Assembly (NCBI GenBank): GCA_965224085.1
Contig: CBDCYI010000009.1
Location: 640,001 to 704,000, forward strand
Length of the DNA: 64,000 bases
Direction of reading: 5' to 3'
Source: Candidatus Marinacidobacterales bacterium
Lineage (GTDB): Bacteria > Acidobacteriota > Vicinamibacteria > Marinacidobacterales > SMYC01
Shown here: positions 22,928 through 34,024 of the stretch, one piece after another
Position numbering within the stretch: the first letter of the stretch is position 1
Layout: each line of letters begins with the position of its first letter
Notes under the pieces: model-generated
Database searches by the model: none
Seen by the model: the letters and a program-made list of their open reading frames with translations, nothing else
Told to the model about the DNA's origin: nothing
Made by a program: the position numbers and the translations under genes

Positions 22928-25900
22928 TCACGGCGTCGAGGGAATCACGCGGTTCGGGGTCCATCGAACGCCGGCGCCATCGAGTTTGTCACGGAGTGCC
23001 GGCAGCGTGGTGTCGAGAAGTTGATTGAGTCTCTGCACTTGCTCGCCAAGCTTTTGCTGCGACTCCCTCGTCTGCCGCGCTTGGACGTCGGTGGGTGGCG
23101 CCGTGACGGCTTCGACGTTGGCATAGAGCTGAGGAACCAGCTCGGCGATGGGGAGCGCGCCCCGCTGCTCAGCGCGGCTCCGCGTCGGTTCACCCTTCAT
23201 GACTTTCTCGATCGCCGAGCGCTCTTCTTCGACCTCGTCGATCGCTGTCTCGAGCGCCGCGCCGGCGGTCTCGCCGGCTGCCTCGCGCGCGTCATCCAGC
23301 TCGTTCTTTACACCCTCGAGCGTCGACGTCACCGCTCGGGCTGTGGCCCACATTTGGTTGAGCGTTTGGAGCGTGTCGTGCCAGAGCTTCCGCTCAGCGC
23401 CCGTGATCTCGATGATCGGATCGCCTCCCACTTGCACGACCTGCTCGTTCTCCTCCGTGCCGACTTTCAAGCGCACCCGGTAGTCTCCCGGAAGAACGAA
23501 GGGACCCTTGGGCACGCCGCGAAAGAAACGAACGTTCTCATCGGGGTCGAGCTCGAAAGCGAGCGGATGCCGAAGATCCCACACGAGCCTCTGGACCCCC
23601 GCGCCGTCCTTCCCTTGTTGTGGTTCAAGCCGGCGTACGAGATGGCCTTCGGAGTCGAGGACGTCGACTTCGATACGCGGTTCGGGCTCCGGGTCGTCGC
23701 CGTTCGTCGACATGTCCGCTTCCGCCATGAGCCGCGGATTGACGTAATAGGTAATGATGGCGCCGTCGGGAGGGTTCGGCGCACGAAAGTAGCGCTGACC
23801 TTGACTTCTTCGGCCGCGGTCGAACCGGTGCATCTGGATTGCCGGCCGCGCGCGGGCTAGGTGCACGTTCGACGACAAAACGTCGGGAGTCAGCTCGTCC
23901 AGGATGCTCATGTCATCGAGAATCCAAAACCCCCGCCCATGGGTTCCCAGCACCAGATCGTTCTCCCGGGGATGGATCACCATGTCGTGAACGGGAACAG
24001 TCGGCAAGTTGTTTTTCAGCTCCACCCACTCGCCACCGCTCGTTATCGAGACGAACACACTGAACTCGGTCCCCACGATCAGGAGATCCGGATTCTTTGG
24101 GTGTTCGACGATCACGCGCGTCGAGCCATGCTCGGGCAGATTGCCGGTGATGTTCGTCCACGCTCCTCCGAAGTCGTCGCTCTTGAGCACGTACGGCCGG
24201 AAGTCGTTGTCTTTGTGCGCGTCGAACACCGCGTAGAGGGTCGCAGGTGTTGCCTGCGACAGCGTCACCCGGCTGACCCTTGTCTGATTGGGAACGCCGG
24301 GAAACTCCTTCACCGTCGTCCAGGTTGCGCCGTCGTCCCGCGTCATCGAGATCTGACCGTCGTCCGTTCCCGCCACGAGCCGCCCGCGCTCCAGCACGGA
24401 TTCCGTCACCGTCGTGATATTTCCGTAATCCGACGTCCCCTGGTGGAGCGCGATCGACTCCCGGGGCCAGTGCTTGCCTTGTAGTGGGAGCTCGTAGTGG
24501 TCGAGCTGGCGTGTTAGATCGGGGCTCATCACTTCCCAGCTGTCCCCGCGATCGGGGCTTTTGAACATTTTGTTGGCCGCGAAGTAGAGCGTGCGTTTGT
24601 CGTGACGTGAGATCAGGATCGGCGAGCTCCAGTTCCATCGATACTTCTCGCCCTCCGGCGGCTGCGGCTGGATGAGTCGACGCTCACCCGTTCGGGTGTC
24701 GAAGCGGACGAGCCTTCCGTACTGGGACTCGGTGTAGACGATGTGCGGCTCGTCCGGATCGATCTGAATGTGAAAGCCGTCGCCGGGAACGGTCATGAAC
24801 CAATCGTCGTTGACGATGCCGTCCGTGTTGCGCGTGCCGATGGGACCGCCGAACGTGTTGTTGTCCTGGGTGCCGCCGTACACGTAGTAGAACGGCTCCT
24901 GCAGATCAACCGCCAAGTTGTAGAACTGTGTCACGGGTAAGTTGGGCAAGAACTCCCAGCTCCGCGACCGATCGAAGGAGAAGTACAGGCCGCCGTCGGT
25001 GCCGAGAACGAGGTGGTCGGAGTTCGCGGGATCGATCCAAAGCGCATGGTGATCGCCATGGACGCCGCCGGCGGTGACCAGCTCCTCCCAGCTCTTTCCT
25101 CCATCCGCCGAAACCATGGACCGGGTGAGGAGCACGTAGACGCGGTCGGCGTCGTTGGGATCACAGCGGATCTGCCCGTAGGCCCACATGGTGGTCACTT
25201 CGCTCGTGACGCGCTCCCAACTGGCTCCGCGATCGTCCGAGCGAAAGATCCCGCCGCGATCCTGCGCGGCGATGGCGGCGTAGACCCGCTCCGGATCACT
25301 GCGGCACGTCGAAACACCGATGCGTCCGAGATCGCCCTCCGGCATCCCACGGTTCACCTTCTTCCATGTGTCTCCACCGTCCGTGGAGCGAAACAATCCG
25401 CCTTCGGGGCCGCCGCCGATGAGGCTCCAGTTACGCCGCTCTCGCTGGTGCGCGCCGGCATAGATGAGCTCGGGACGATCGAGATCGAACGCGACATCGG
25501 CAATGCCGGTGTGCTCGCTGATATAGAGAACCTTGCTCCAAGTCTCGCCGCCGTCGGTGGTCTTGAACAGCCCGCGCTCCTCGCCCGCGCCCCACAGCGA
25601 TCCCATCGCCGCCACGAGCACCGTGTCCGGATCGTCCGGATGGATGACGACGCGCCCGATGTGCCGGGACTCCGTGAGCCCCATGTGCTGCCAGCTCGTG
25701 CCTCCGTCCTCTGACTTGTAGACGCCGTCCCCCCACGAGTTGCTGCGGGCGTTGAAGTCTTCGCCGGTCCCGACCCACACGACGTTCGGGTTGGTTTGCG
25801 ACACGGCGATCGCGCCGAGCGAGGCGGTACCTTCGCGTTCGAAAACCGGGGTCCACGTGGTTCCGCCGTTGACGGTCTTCCACGCGCCACCGGTGGCGGA

Positions 25901-26086
25901 GGCAACGTACATAACGAGCGGGTTCTCGTCGACGACGGCGACGTCGGTGATGCGGCCACTGGTCAGCGCGGGGCCGATGCTCCGCCATTCGAGGTTTTCC
26001 AGGAGCGGCGAAGAAAGCGGTTGGGGAGTGGCGTTCGACGCGCTGACGAGCGCGGCGACGACGAGCGCGGTGCGGTAAGAGCTCAT
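22928..26086 (-). CDS. Secreted VPS10/BNR-repeat protein, paralogue of 16945-20112
   Basis: Collinear with the first paralogue; RBS GAGGAGG before ATG 26086. Confidence 0.9.
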   Translation of the reverse strand: MSSYRTALVVAALVSASNATPQPLSSPLLENLEWRSIGPALTSGRITDVAVVDENPLVMYVASATGGAWKTVNGGTTWTPVFEREGTASLGAIAVSQTNPNVVWVGTGEDFNARSNSWGDGVYKSEDGGTSWQHMGLTESRHIGRVVIHPDDPDTVLVAAMGSLWGAGEERGLFKTTDGGETWSKVLYISEHTGIADVAFDLDRPELIYAGAHQRERRNWSLIGGGPEGGLFRSTDGGDTWKKVNRGMPEGDLGRIGVSTCRSDPERVYAAIAAQDRGGIFRSDDRGASWERVTSEVTTMWAYGQIRCDPNDADRVYVLLTRSMVSADGGKSWEELVTAGGVHGDHHALWIDPANSDHLVLGTDGGLYFSFDRSRSWEFLPNLPVTQFYNLAVDLQEPFYYVYGGTQDNNTFGGPIGTRNTDGIVNDDWFMTVPGDGFHIQIDPDEPHIVYTESQYGRLVRFDTRTGERRLIQPQPPEGEKYRWNWSSPILISRHDKRTLYFAANKMFKSPDRGDSWEVMSPDLTRQLDHYELPLQGKHWPRESIALHQGTSDYGNITTVTESVLERGRLVAGTDDGQISMTRDDGATWTTVKEFPGVPNQTRVSRVTLSQATPATLYAVFDAHKDNDFRPYVLKSDDFGGAWTNITGNLPEHGSTRVIVEHPKNPDLLIVGTEFSVFVSITSGGEWVELKNNLPTVPVHDMVIHPRENDLVLGTHGRGFWILDDMSILDELTPDVLSSNVHLARARPAIQMHRFDRGRRSQGQRYFRAPNPPDGAIITYYVNPRLMAEADMSTNGDDPEPEPRIEVDVLDSEGHLVRRLEPQQGKDGAGVQRLVWDLRHPLAFELDPDENVRFFRGVPKGPFVLPGDYRVRLKVGTEENEQVVQVGGDPIIEITGAERKLWHDTLQTLNQMWATARAVTSTLEGVKNELDDAREAAGETAGAALETAIDEVEEERSAIEKVMKGEPTRSRAEQRGALPIAELVPQLYANVEAVTAPPTDVQARQTRESQQKLGEQVQRLNQLLDTTLPALRDKLDGAGVRWTPNRVIPSTP

Positions 26087-26099
26087 GGCCACGTCCTCC

Positions 26100-26999
26100 T
26101 CAAGACGACGAAGATGCGCGCGGTGTGAGACCACAGATGTCGGCGACGCGCTCCATGGCTTCGCGGAGGATTCGAAGATCCGGATCCTCTTCTTTGACGG
26201 GTGTGTCCATGACGAGGTGATCGATGCCGAGCTCGACGTGCCGCCCGTGCGTCTCGGCGTCGATCGCGTATGTGTTGCCGGGCCGCGCCATGATCGGAAC
26301 GCTATCGAAGTCGCGGTTCTCCTCGTCGCAATACGCTTTCAGCTTTTCGATGCCCCCTTCGAGCTGCTCGAGCGTGATCTGCGTGGGATGCCAGCCGTCC
26401 CCGACTCGAGCGACTCGGCGAAGCGTCGCATCGCTGTGACCGCCCCAGTAAACGGGAATAGTGGACTTGACTGGTAGGGGATACATTTTGAAACCGGATA
26501 CCTGCCAGTGCTCGCCCTCGAAGTCCACGGTCTCACCGCTCCAGCACTGGCGCATGAGACGGATCATCTCGACCGCGCGTTTGCCGCGCCCGGAGAACGG
26601 GACACCCATCAGATCGAACTCCTCCTCCATCCAGCCCGCGCCCACTCCGAGGATGAACCGTCCGCCGGTGAGAAAGTCCAAGGTGGAGATCTGCTTCGCG
26701 AGCAAGAGAGGGTTGCGGAGCGGAATCACCGCCACTGAGGTCCCGACCTTCAGGCTCGGACAATTCGCAACCGCCCAACAGAGCGAAAGCAGAGGATCGA
26801 GCCACGGAGTCTCCGGTGGATAGTCCCAGCGCCCGTGCGAGCGGTACGGGTAGTAAGCGTCCACCTTGTGGGAGAGCGCCACGTGATCCGTGACCCACAG
26901 CGAGTGATAACCCAGCTCCTCCGCCCACTGTGCGACCCGCTGCATGTTCTCCGCACTCGTCTTGGGTCCGGCGTTGGGAACGATGACTCCCACTTCCAT
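26100..26999 (-). CDS. LLM-class (probably F420-dependent) oxidoreductase
   Basis: AEELGYHSLWVTDH, LDFLTGGRFILGVGAGW, GDGWHP. Confidence 0.9.
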   Translation of the reverse strand: MEVGVIVPNAGPKTSAENMQRVAQWAEELGYHSLWVTDHVALSHKVDAYYPYRSHGRWDYPPETPWLDPLLSLCWAVANCPSLKVGTSVAVIPLRNPLLLAKQISTLDFLTGGRFILGVGAGWMEEEFDLMGVPFSGRGKRAVEMIRLMRQCWSGETVDFEGEHWQVSGFKMYPLPVKSTIPVYWGGHSDATLRRVARVGDGWHPTQITLEQLEGGIEKLKAYCDEENRDFDSVPIMARPGNTYAIDAETHGRHVELGIDHLVMDTPVKEEDPDLRILREAMERVADICGLTPRASSSS

Positions 27000-27083
27000 G
27001 GCGCCTCCTTACCGAAACGCGGCGAATCATAGCACGTGGGGAGCCCTTTGGAGTTCCGCAGGCTATCGCGGCACAATAGGGCC

Positions 27084-27550
27084 ATGAGACCACGGGTACG
27101 GCGACACGCGCGAATATTGGTGATTTGCCTGGCGTGGACCGCGATCGCGGCCGGCCAGGAAAAATCCCTCGATCGTTTGTCGGAGGAACATCGTTCTTGG
27201 CTTCGACGCGATGTCAAATACATCATCACCGATCGAGAGAAAGACGTTTTTCTATCTCTCGAAACGTTGGAGGAGCGGGGTCGCTTCATCGAGGCCTTCT
27301 GGCGAAGGCGTGATCCGTCGCCCGCGGCGGGCGCGAACGAGTTCAAGGAAGAGCACTACCAGCGCATCGAGTATGCCAACAAGTTTCTCGGGCGCGGGAC
27401 GTTCCGGGAGGGATGGGAGACCGATCGCGGCCGCTATTACATCATGCTGGGAGAGCCGCGGAGCATCCAGCGGTTCGCGGGCCATCACACCATCTTCGAC
27501 TCCGAGCTGTGGATGTACGAAGGCGATGTCCGATTGGGCCTGCCCCGCCG
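27084..27550 (+). pseudogene. GWxTD-domain protein, 3'-truncated
   Basis: YIITDRE...FWRRRDP...GWETDRGRYYIMLGEP; homology ends near 27550. Confidence 0.85.
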
Positions 27551-27648
27551 TTCCCGCTCGACCTGGCCATCACTTCTACGAGGTGTTCTTCGATCTTGCG
27601 AGCCCTCTCCTCCCAGCTATAGAGGCGAGCGTCTTCGAAGGCGCGCGA

Positions 27649-28736
27649 GGCGTTGTTGCACCGCTCTTGGCTGAGCGCGAAATCTACCTATGGTGGTGGC
27701 CGAGGTAATGTTCGACCATGAAGTATCCCAAGCGCAGCCAGTACAAGCACGCGAAGCAGAAGAAGTACCACGTTTCCAACTGGGCGGAATACAACGAAGG
27801 GCTGCGGCGCCGGGGCGATTTGACGGTCTGGTTTGACGAGGAGGCAATCGCGAACTGGAAGGCCGACAAGAGCGGTAAGCCTGGCGGTCAACGGGTCTAT
27901 TCAGAGATGGCGATTGAAACGGGCCTGGTTGTCCGGATGGTGTACAAGCTTGCCTACCGCCAAACCGAAGGCTTCTTGCACTCGATCGCCTCGCTTCTCC
28001 GGCTGTGTATCGAGATCCCGGACTACTCGACATTGTGTCGGCGGTCGAGGCTGCTCCGCAAGAAGCTGCGGATTGGGAAAGCCGCAAGCAATCAACCAAT
28101 CCACCTGATGATCGATAGCACGGGCTTGAGGATTCATGTTGGAACCACCCGCAAACCGCCAAAGCAGCGCGCCTGGCGCAAGTTGCACATCGCCGTTGAT
28201 CGCAAGACCGGCAACATTGTTGCGTCCGAACTGACGGCGTCACGAGCTCGCGACGCAACGCGAGTCCCCCCTTTGCTAACACAGATTCAAGCACCTATAG
28301 CGTCGGTGGCGGCGGACAGTGCATACGACAAGGAAGCGGTCTACGAAGCCATCGAAGCGCACAGCCCTGGACGAAGGACGCGCGTGGTGATTCCGCCGCA
28401 ACGAAACGCCACGCTCAGTCAGAATTCGAACACCGCCATGCGGGAACGCGACCGCCATATTTCGTGCAATCGAAAGACACGGCCGACGTGAATGGTACAA
28501 GCTCTCAGGCTACACCGAGCGAAGCATGGTGGAGAACGCGGTCTATCGTTACAAGGCGATCATGGGGCCCGAGATGCGGACTCGAACGTTGGCGAGGCAA
28601 CGAGTTGAACACAGAATTGGGTGCGAGATACTCAACAAGATGACCGCGCTCGGCATGCCCGATACTTACTGCGCCGGGTGACTCTCCGACCGGCACAGGG
28701 AGGTCAGCGATTTGCTCCGGGCCGTGCAACAACGCC
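27649..28736 (+). mobile_element. IS5 (IS903-like) copy 3; full length, transposase frameshifted near 28460
   Basis: Both IRs present; 1088 bp versus 1087 bp for copy 1 (CATATTTCG vs CATATTCG). Confidence 0.95.
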
Positions 28737-29031
28737 CCTGCCACGATCGGTTTCTCCGTACCGGTCGACCCGACGATGCCACCGGCGTCTTATGAATGTG
28801 GAGAGGCTCGCTCTTGCGACTGTTTTCAAATGTCCGGCCTATTGTTCTGGACGCCAGGGCTCGACCCTAGACGGTCGTTGGAGATCCTCGCCTATTCGAA
28901 CAAGGTGACACCAATGCCCTGGGAGGGTGACGTTGCGGCCGGCGATTCTGGTCCCCCCGTACGCGGAGGGCAACACGGTCCAGAAGCGGGTTGCCACGCT
29001 CCCTGGGCGAAGACCTGGGAGCCAGGTCCTG

Positions 29032-29354
29032 GGCAAAGACGGACATAAGGGAGGCCCGGGCCGCACCTGGACCAGAACGTGCTAGCCGGCTACGCCGCCG
29101 TAGCCCCGGCCTCGATTCTGGACCTCTCGGGTGGCCTCTTTTCCGCTGCCGCAGGGCGCGGTCCGCGGCCCTCTTCCTTCTTTAGCGCAAACTTGTCCCT
29201 CGGAAATCGAGATTAGAGACGAAAACCGAAAATGAGGCCCCCTCAGCCCTTCTAGCGCGTCTCTGGTGCCACCTAATCCTGGAAAACCCCGCCAACCGCG
29301 CGGAAAATCCCACCCGTCTCTGCAGGGCCACAATTGGCCAGACTGGGTGGCGGA
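29032..29354 (+). repeat. Integrative-element end, copy 3, joined to the tRNA-Ser 3' end
   Basis: Homologous to 1940-2260; terminal TGGCGGA is the complement of the tRNA acceptor end. Confidence 0.85.
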
Positions 29355-29442
29355 GAGGGAGGGATTCGAACCCTCGACACAGGCTCATCACCCGTGTAAC
29401 TGCTTAGCAGGCAGCCCTGATCAGCCACTCCAGCACCTCTCC
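29348..29442 (-). tRNA. tRNA-Ser(GCT)
   Basis: GGAGAGG acceptor stem, anticodon arm GCTGC-CTGCTAA-GCAGT, long variable arm, GGTTCGAATCC, encoded CCA. Confidence 0.97.
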
Positions 29443-29475
29443 GCTTGGGACGACTGGGCTTTCTGAGGCGGGTTC

Positions 29476-29505
29476 ATATTACAATGTCTCCCACCAGCCC
29501 GTCAA
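29476..29505 (-). promoter_or_regulatory. Probable sigma70 promoter of tRNA-Ser
   Basis: TTGACG-N18-TAATAT on the minus strand. Confidence 0.5.
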
Positions 29506-29510
29506 AAAGC

Positions 29511-30749
29511 ATGCGTAATGCACATCCTCGCCTTCCAATATTACGGCGTGACATCGATGTCATGCCTTCGCCGATCGCCGAGCAGCCAGGACTCTTGCTG
29601 CGCGATCCGTTTCGCTACACCGACGACGTGCTCGTAATCCCTCCGGCATGGGTCGCTCTTCTTAGGTGTCTCGACGGCGCGCATTCGATGCTCGATGCGC
29701 AGGCGGTGATGACGCGCCTCGCCGGAGGGAAGATTGTTCCGCGAAGCGAGCTGCAGGAGTTCGTGACAATCCTGAGCGACACGGGATTCCTCGACGACGA
29801 AGGGCTCGCGCGCCGAGTCGAGCGATCGCACGACGCGTTTCGCGCGTCGCCGGTGCGCGAGGAAATTCTCGCCGGCTCCGCCTACCCTTCCGAGCGACAG
29901 GCGATCGAGAGCTTGCTCGATGCGCGCATCGACGGCGCTCAGCGAAAATCAGATGAAGCGTGGCCGCTTGCGATCGCGGCACCTCACGTCTCACCGGAGG
30001 GCGGCTACGCGTCTTACGGTGCGGCCTATGCTTTGCCGGAGGTCTCGGGTGAGGACACAAAGACGTTCGTGATCCTCGGCACATCGCATTACGGCGCTCC
30101 AGAGCGATTCGGCGTGACGGCGAAGCCGTTCCGCACGCCGCTCGGTACGGTCGAGATCGACCAAGACGCGCTGTCATTTTTTGTGGAACGAGGCGGGGAC
30201 GCGGTGGCCGAAGAAGACTACTGCCACCGAACCGAGCACTCCATCGAGCTTCAAGTACTCTTTCTGCAATATCGACTCGCTCAACCCTTCCGCATTCTTC
30301 CCATCCTTTGCGGCCCGTTCGTCGATAGCCTAGTCCGTGGTGTCCCGCCGGAGACACTCGACGGCAATGCGCGCGTGTTGGACGCCCTCACCGAGCTCGC
30401 CACGAAGCGTCCCGGCCTCGTTTGGGTTCTCGGCGTCGACATGGCGCATGTCGGTGTGCGCTACGGCGAAAACGAGCCCGCCCGCGCGTATGAAGGACGC
30501 ATGCTAGAGGTACGCGAGCAAGACGAGCGGCGCTTGGAGCGCGTTGCGGCGGGCGATGCTGAAGGATTCTTCGAGCTCGTACACCCAGAAGGGGATGCGC
30601 TCAACTGGTGCGGTTATGCACCGATCTACACGTTCCTTCGAGCCATGCATACGAGGCGGGTCGAAGCCTCGGTGTGCTCCTACGAACAGTGGAACATCGA
30701 CCCAGCCTCCGTCGTCACGTTCGCCGCGCTCCACTTCCAGGAAAAATGA
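29511..30749 (+). CDS. amrB: AmmeMemoRadiSam system protein B (MEMO1 family)
   Basis: LAGSAYP, APHV, LGTSHY, EHSIELQ, DMAHVG, WCG. Confidence 0.88.
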   Translation: MRNAHPRLPILRRDIDVMPSPIAEQPGLLLRDPFRYTDDVLVIPPAWVALLRCLDGAHSMLDAQAVMTRLAGGKIVPRSELQEFVTILSDTGFLDDEGLARRVERSHDAFRASPVREEILAGSAYPSERQAIESLLDARIDGAQRKSDEAWPLAIAAPHVSPEGGYASYGAAYALPEVSGEDTKTFVILGTSHYGAPERFGVTAKPFRTPLGTVEIDQDALSFFVERGGDAVAEEDYCHRTEHSIELQVLFLQYRLAQPFRILPILCGPFVDSLVRGVPPETLDGNARVLDALTELATKRPGLVWVLGVDMAHVGVRYGENEPARAYEGRMLEVREQDERRLERVAAGDAEGFFELVHPEGDALNWCGYAPIYTFLRAMHTRRVEASVCSYEQWNIDPASVVTFAALHFQEK

Positions 30750-30761
30750 GAAGTTTCATCG

Positions 30762-32210
30762 TCATGGACTCGCGGGTTTCCGGTAATCGAGCGGCGGCAG
30801 GCGATCACCGACGAGCGATTCGTAAACGAAATCAGGTCCCACGCGACGATCCCGCTCGCGATGGGCTTGCTGGACGATCTCGGGATCCGAGAAGACATCG
30901 ATAGCGGTGAGCGTCAACGTTTTGGCTGCGACGATCATCCCCTTGTTGCCGATAGACGTTCCGCCCGCGGCGATGGCTTGCCATGAGTGGGCCGGAGTCC
31001 CCGGCACCCATGTGGCCGTGCGCAGCCCGGCCGTGGGCACGACCCAGCTGACATCCCCGACATCTGTGGACCCGCCACTGCCTTCATCGGTGACAAAGAA
31101 TTCTTGCACTTCCGCAGCGGACGATATCGGGAGCACGTCACCGGTGAACGATTCCTGTATCCCTTCGCCGAATCGACGCTCTTCGCCCGTATATTCCACG
31201 CCGCCGACCTGCTCGAGACTCTCGTACATCCTGCGCGCGAGCGCCTCGTTCGGCAGAAGCGCATAGATGCCGTGAATCACTTCGAACTCCATGCGCGTTT
31301 CCGTCCCGAGCGCCGCGCCCTCCGCGGCCTTCACGACGCGATCGAAAATCGCGACCACGTTCTTGGGGTCGGGATTACGGACATAGTAATAGACCTCGGC
31401 AAAGTCGGGGACAACATTCGGCGCCGCGCCACCCGAGGTGATCACGTAGTGGATGCGCGTTTCTTGAGAAACGTGCTCACGAAGCATGTTGACCATCGAA
31501 TTCATCGCCTCCACGCCATCGAGCGCCGAGCGCCCTCTCTCCGGCGCGCCCGCGGCATGGGCGGACAATCCATGGAAGCGAAACTTCGCGGACTTGTTCG
31601 CGAGCGAGCTGCCCGCTGAAGCACTATTCCTGTCACCAGCGTGCCAATGAAGCACAGCGTCCACGTCGTCGAACAGACCCTCACGAACCATGTAGACTTT
31701 GCCGGCGCCGCCTTCTTCGGCCGGCGTGCCGTAGAGCCGAATCGTGCCCTGGGTTCCCGAGCGGTCGAGCCACTCTTTGACAGCAATGGCCGATGCCACC
31801 GAAGCCGTGCCGAACAAGTGATGCCCGCAAGCGTGCCCGGCGCCTTTGGTGTCGATCGTTTTTCTCTCCGGCACCCGATCCTGCGAGATTCCCGGCAGCG
31901 CGTCGAACTCCGCGAGAATGCCGATGATGGGCTCACCTAACCCAAAGGTACCCACGAACGCGGTGGGCATCCCAGCGACACCGGCTTCGACGGCGAACCC
32001 TGCATCTCGAAGCGTGCTTTGCAAGAGCTCCGAGCTTCGCGTCTCCAGATAACCGACTTCCGCGTAATCCCAAATCTGCTGCGCGATGCCAGCATATTCT
32101 TCAGCCAACGCTTCGATGCCACGGATCACGTCTCCATCAGGCTGCGCCGCCACGGGCTGGTCCAACGAGGCAGCAAGGACTAAAAGCGACCACACTTGAA
32201 TATGTTTCAC
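30762..32210 (-). CDS. M20 amidohydrolase, AbgB-like, secreted
   Basis: AEFDALPG, GHACGH, PAEEGG, GSTDVGDVSW, PAHSWQ; GTG start after GAGGAGG. Confidence 0.9.
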   Translation of the reverse strand: MKHIQVWSLLVLAASLDQPVAAQPDGDVIRGIEALAEEYAGIAQQIWDYAEVGYLETRSSELLQSTLRDAGFAVEAGVAGMPTAFVGTFGLGEPIIGILAEFDALPGISQDRVPERKTIDTKGAGHACGHHLFGTASVASAIAVKEWLDRSGTQGTIRLYGTPAEEGGAGKVYMVREGLFDDVDAVLHWHAGDRNSASAGSSLANKSAKFRFHGLSAHAAGAPERGRSALDGVEAMNSMVNMLREHVSQETRIHYVITSGGAAPNVVPDFAEVYYYVRNPDPKNVVAIFDRVVKAAEGAALGTETRMEFEVIHGIYALLPNEALARRMYESLEQVGGVEYTGEERRFGEGIQESFTGDVLPISSAAEVQEFFVTDEGSGGSTDVGDVSWVVPTAGLRTATWVPGTPAHSWQAIAAGGTSIGNKGMIVAAKTLTLTAIDVFSDPEIVQQAHRERDRRVGPDFVYESLVGDRLPPLDYRKPASP

Positions 32211-32332
32211 GAACCCCTCCTCTCGCACGACGCGATTCTAATCGACGAGCCTGTACATCAGGTAGTACCGTTGTGCCAGTCTTCATTCAGACCATGTGTG
32301 GAAGGGCTTGTATATAATGGTCCCTGCCTGTT

Positions 32333-32719
32333 CGAGCCGGCCGGACGGTCGCTGGCTTTCTTCGGAAAGCGAGAGGAAAGTCCGAACTCCATAGGGCAGT
32401 GTGCTGGCTAATGACCAGTCCGGGCGACCGGAAGGAAAGTGCCACAGAAAACGTACCGCCACTTCCCGGCGCCTCGGCGCCTTGGAGCGGTAAGGGTGAA
32501 AAGGTGCGGTAAGAGCGCACCGCTTGGGTGGTGACATCCAAGGCAGGGTAAACCCCACACGGAGCAAGACCAAATAGGGGGGCGTTCGAGAGTGGCCCGC
32601 TCGAAGCTCCCGGGTAGGTCGCTCGACCGGACGAGCAATCGCTTCGGCTAGATAAATGATCGTCGCTTCTCGGAGGGTGACCGACGAGAGGAACAAAATT
32701 CGGCTTACGGCCGACTCGA
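32333..32719 (+). ncRNA. rnpB: RNase P RNA, bacterial class A
   Basis: GAGGAAAGTCCG, AGTGCCACAGAAA, GGTAAGAG, GGTAAACCCC, AACAAAATTCGGCTTA; P1 pairing; TATAAT at 32313 and T-tract at 32725. Confidence 0.97.
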
Positions 32720-32828
32720 GCAGGTTTTTTTCAGCATTCAGCGTTCAGGAATCTCTCAAGGACTGCGGCCGTACAGCTTTGGCTTCAGCCTTCTGGAGTT
32801 CCTGAATACTGATCGCAGAATGCTGATC

Positions 32829-34020
32829 TCAACCCTTCTTGCGGCCGAAAATGTTTCTTAGGCCGCCGAGGCTTCCGCCGGAGTCGCTCTTTTTGCTGAC
32901 GACCTTCGCTTGAATGTTTTGGTTCTCGGGGTCGTAGATCGCCGCTTGTTCGTACATCTTCTGAGCGCGGGTCGTCATGCCTTTGTCTTCGTATATCTGT
33001 CCGAGCCCGAACAGACATTCCGCGTCGAACTGATCCGTCTGGAGAACGTGTCGAAATTCCTCCTCCGCTTCTTTTGCCCAGAGCGGGTTCTTCATCAGCG
33101 CGTGGGCGAGGAGCTTGTGGTAGCTTGCCTTCGGGTAGAGACGGATGGCTTCCCGCAGCGACTGAATGGCATCGAAGAAGTGCATCTCGTCATAGTGCCT
33201 TTTTCCCTCGCCGAAGAGCTGGTCAGATCGTCGTTCGAGGGCCGCTTCCGACGCATGCTCCGCTTTGCGAGAGGTATCCCCGTCGCTTCCGGCTGCCGCC
33301 TCTTCGCCATCGCCGTGCTTCAGCGACTGGTCGTAGCGATGCCGATCCGCCGTGGACGAAAGCGTCTGATAGGCATGGGTGACCTTGCTGAAGAGCTCTT
33401 CGAGCAAGCCGTGGACATCGCTCAAATGAAGCGAGTGATGGCGGTCGGGGTGATACTTCTTCGCCATCGCGTAATACGCCTTCTTGATCTCATTCTCATT
33501 GGCATTGAACCTCACCTCTAGCAGAGTGTAAAGAGTCGAGTCGGCCAGCGAGGCGTGCTTCACTACGACATCCTCGCGCACGGCAATCTCTTCGGGCGTC
33601 GGTCCCGGAGCGTCCGGCGGCACGGCGGTGGCGGTCGGTGGCGCTTTTATCGGAGGTGTTTGAACCGGGGTCGCTTGAGGCGGCGATGTTGCGGGCGGCT
33701 TGGGTGCACTCGCAGCCGGTGGGTCGACCGGTGGCGGCGCGACAGATGGCACGGGTTGGGGCGGCGGCGGTTCGATGCGCGGAAGGTCCGACACTGGCGC
33801 GTCGTCCTCGAGGGCGGGCGCGCGCGAATCGCCCTGGAGCACGAGCACCCCGGCCGAGATGAGCCCGTAGATACATCTCAGCGTCTCGTCCTCTCCGACC
33901 GGTGAGACCGCGAAAATGTTGTCGATGGAGCTCATGCCGTCGACCCGAGACAGAATGAAATATTCCGACTGGCTCAAACTCGACATCTTCTGATACAGAA
34001 GCAACGGGTTTTCGTTCTGC
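32829..34020 (-). pseudogene. DnaJ-domain/TPR protein, 5'-truncated
   Basis: IKKAYYAMAKKYHPD J-domain, Pro-rich linker, TPRs; abuts the IS91 fragment with no proper start. Confidence 0.8.
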
Positions 34021-34024
34021 TCTC

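Noticed and set aside
32283-32696. ORFs overlapping rnpB
   Set aside because: Shadow ORFs of the RNase P RNA gene
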